Source of the DNA: Peribolospora baueri
Taxonomy: Eukaryota
Assembly (NCBI GenBank): GCA_029717555.1
Contig: JAMDHS010000016.1
Location: 124,001-188,000 of the forward strand
DNA: 64,000 nt
Direction: 5' to 3'
Shown here one piece after another: positions 62,759-64,000 of the stretch. Under the pieces are notes generated by a model. The model ran no database searches. It worked only from the letters and a program-made list of their open reading frames with translations, and was not told the DNA's origin. A program made the translations under genes and the position numbers. Position 1 is the first letter of the stretch. The number at the start of each line of letters is the position of its first letter.

Positions 62759-63280
62759 CTACTCCTCCCTTTCCGCCCTTGCCGCAGCCTTCTCAGCTTC
62801 CAACCGCTTAGCGTACTTCTCTATATCCGTCTCAGTAGCGATCATGCCCTTCTTGCTCAACTCCACCCGCGCCGCCCTTCGCACCTCTTCCTCCGCGTGA
62901 CGCTCTTGCGATTCGTGTGACAGAAGAGATTTGTCCGCGCCTGCGGGTAGCGAACGGGTTAGGGTGCATGAGGATAAGTGGGTGAGCGGAGAGAAGGTCG
63001 GAGGAAGCGGAAGCTCACTGGTTACGAGGCCAAAGATGGTGGCCCCAGAGACGATGTGGCCTTTGAGCGCCAAAGTCTGTCTACGGAAACCGGGGAAGAG
63101 GTGGTGGCACATGAAGACGGCGCTCGCGCCGATGACCGTCCATTGGAAAGCGCCCCAGATCGCCGCGTTCCTCTGCAACTTGTACGCCTTCTCCTGCTGC
63201 TCCGCGCGGTGCCTCTTGCGCTCCCGAGGCGTCTCCTGTACGAGAGCGGGAGTGTATGGTGATGCTTCGGCCGAGGACAT
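62759..63280 (-). CDS. Small conserved-looking membrane protein with two hydrophobic segments and a charged tail (intron 63018-62941)
   Basis: MSSAEAS..AIWGAFQWTVIGASAV..FRRQTLALKGHIVSGATIFGLVT|SADKSLL..EEEVRRAARVEL; function not recognised. Confidence 0.7.
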   Translation of the reverse strand: MSSAEASPYTPALVQETPRERKRHRAEQQEKAYKLQRNAAIWGAFQWTVIGASAVFMCHHLFPGFRRQTLALKGHIVSGATIFGLVTSELPLPPTFSPLTHLSSCTLTRSLPAGADKSLLSHESQERHAEEEVRRAARVELSKKGMIATETDIEKYAKRLEAEKAAARAEREE

Positions 63281-63554
63281 CGTGAAGGAGATGGGCAAGG
63301 AAGGGAGAGCGAGCCAGAGGAGAACAGGAAGACCAACACTGGCTGCTTCAATGTTCGGTGGGCCCCGATTTATAGCGCGCGTGCTTACCGCAGTTCTTTG
63401 CGCTTGCCGGCTGCTTCCGGGTGCTGAGGTTTGGAAGACATCGATTGCCGCAGCTCTTGCAGTCTTCGAGATGCCAATCCACTCGCTCCCTTCTCGCACC
63501 CTCCAACGGTCCGCACACTTCCGTTCGTGGCCCTCCTCCACCTCGCCCGCCAGC

Positions 63555-64000
63555 ATGCTCACGCTCGTCGGGCCCTCGTGCTTTTCCGAGGCGAAGCGCA
63601 CCCAGCTCGCCCAGCAGATCGCTGCTCGGTGCGCCCGCGTGAACGCCATCGACGCTGTCTATGTCCATTTTGTCGTCGCTACCTCGCCTGAAGCTGAGAG
63701 CCGACTGGCCGATGCGAAGGATGCCAAGAACGCAGTCCTCTGCAGCCTGTTGGCCTATGGCGACGACAACGCACTGCAAGGCACCCGCGACGCCATCAAC
63801 GCCGCGTCGTCCGATCGCGAGACCGTCCTCTTCGTCGTCCCGCGCCCGGGCTCCATTTCGCCATGGTCCTCCAAGGCGACGGACATCGCTCGCATGTGCA
63901 AGCTGGGAGAGCACGTCCGGAGGATCGAGCGTGGGCTGGCGTTTGTCCTCCGCACACTTGATGGCGCCCCTCTGACGACCGAAGAGGTGGCCTCCTTCGC
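63555..64000 (+). CDS. ADE6: Phosphoribosylformylglycinamidine synthase, N-terminus (truncated by the window edge)
   Basis: The frame from ATG 63555 is open to the window end: MLTLVGPSCFS..AVYVHFV..VVPRPGSISPWSSKATDIARMC..RRIERG. Confidence 0.93.
   Translation, partial: MLTLVGPSCFSEAKRTQLAQQIAARCARVNAIDAVYVHFVVATSPEAESRLADAKDAKNAVLCSLLAYGDDNALQGTRDAINAASSDRETVLFVVPRPGSISPWSSKATDIARMCKLGEHVRRIERGLAFVLRTLDGAPLTTEEVASF

Overview
Gene-dense, GC-rich, intron-containing eukaryotic DNA from a basidiomycete fungus, most likely Ustilaginomycotina. This is inferred from short introns with mostly GTGAG/GTAAG donors and from the protein sequences. I assembled about 25 protein-coding loci by hand-splicing. 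Most are housekeeping genes: ornithine decarboxylase, thiolase, MTD1, TPA1, a CLC transporter, an RDS2/AcuM-type Zn2Cys6-PAS factor, LSM2, a gamma-tubulin complex protein, MCM-BP, histone H4, a peroxisomal SDR, NRK1, GUT2, FAD1, a 2OG-Fe oxygenase, a WD40 protein, an SOD-fold mitoribosomal protein and the start of ADE6. OST2/DAD1 is invisible in the ORF track and LSM2 nearly so, because they are split into small exons. I found no transposon, rRNA, tRNA or biosynthetic cluster. The best signals are: (1) a spliced, AUU-initiated upstream ORF ending Pro-Pro-stop in the AUG-depleted leader of the ODC gene, whose stop codon overlaps a competing splice donor; (2) a secreted, Cys-free, probably Kex2-processed amphipathic protein; (3) an intron-containing fungal hydrolase with the full fluoroacetate-dehalogenase catalytic set; (4) a frameshifted SIMPL/DUF541 gene; (5) an unexplained ~150-nt hairpin plus a second hairpin between convergent genes. 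All exon structures are manual predictions and no searches were run.
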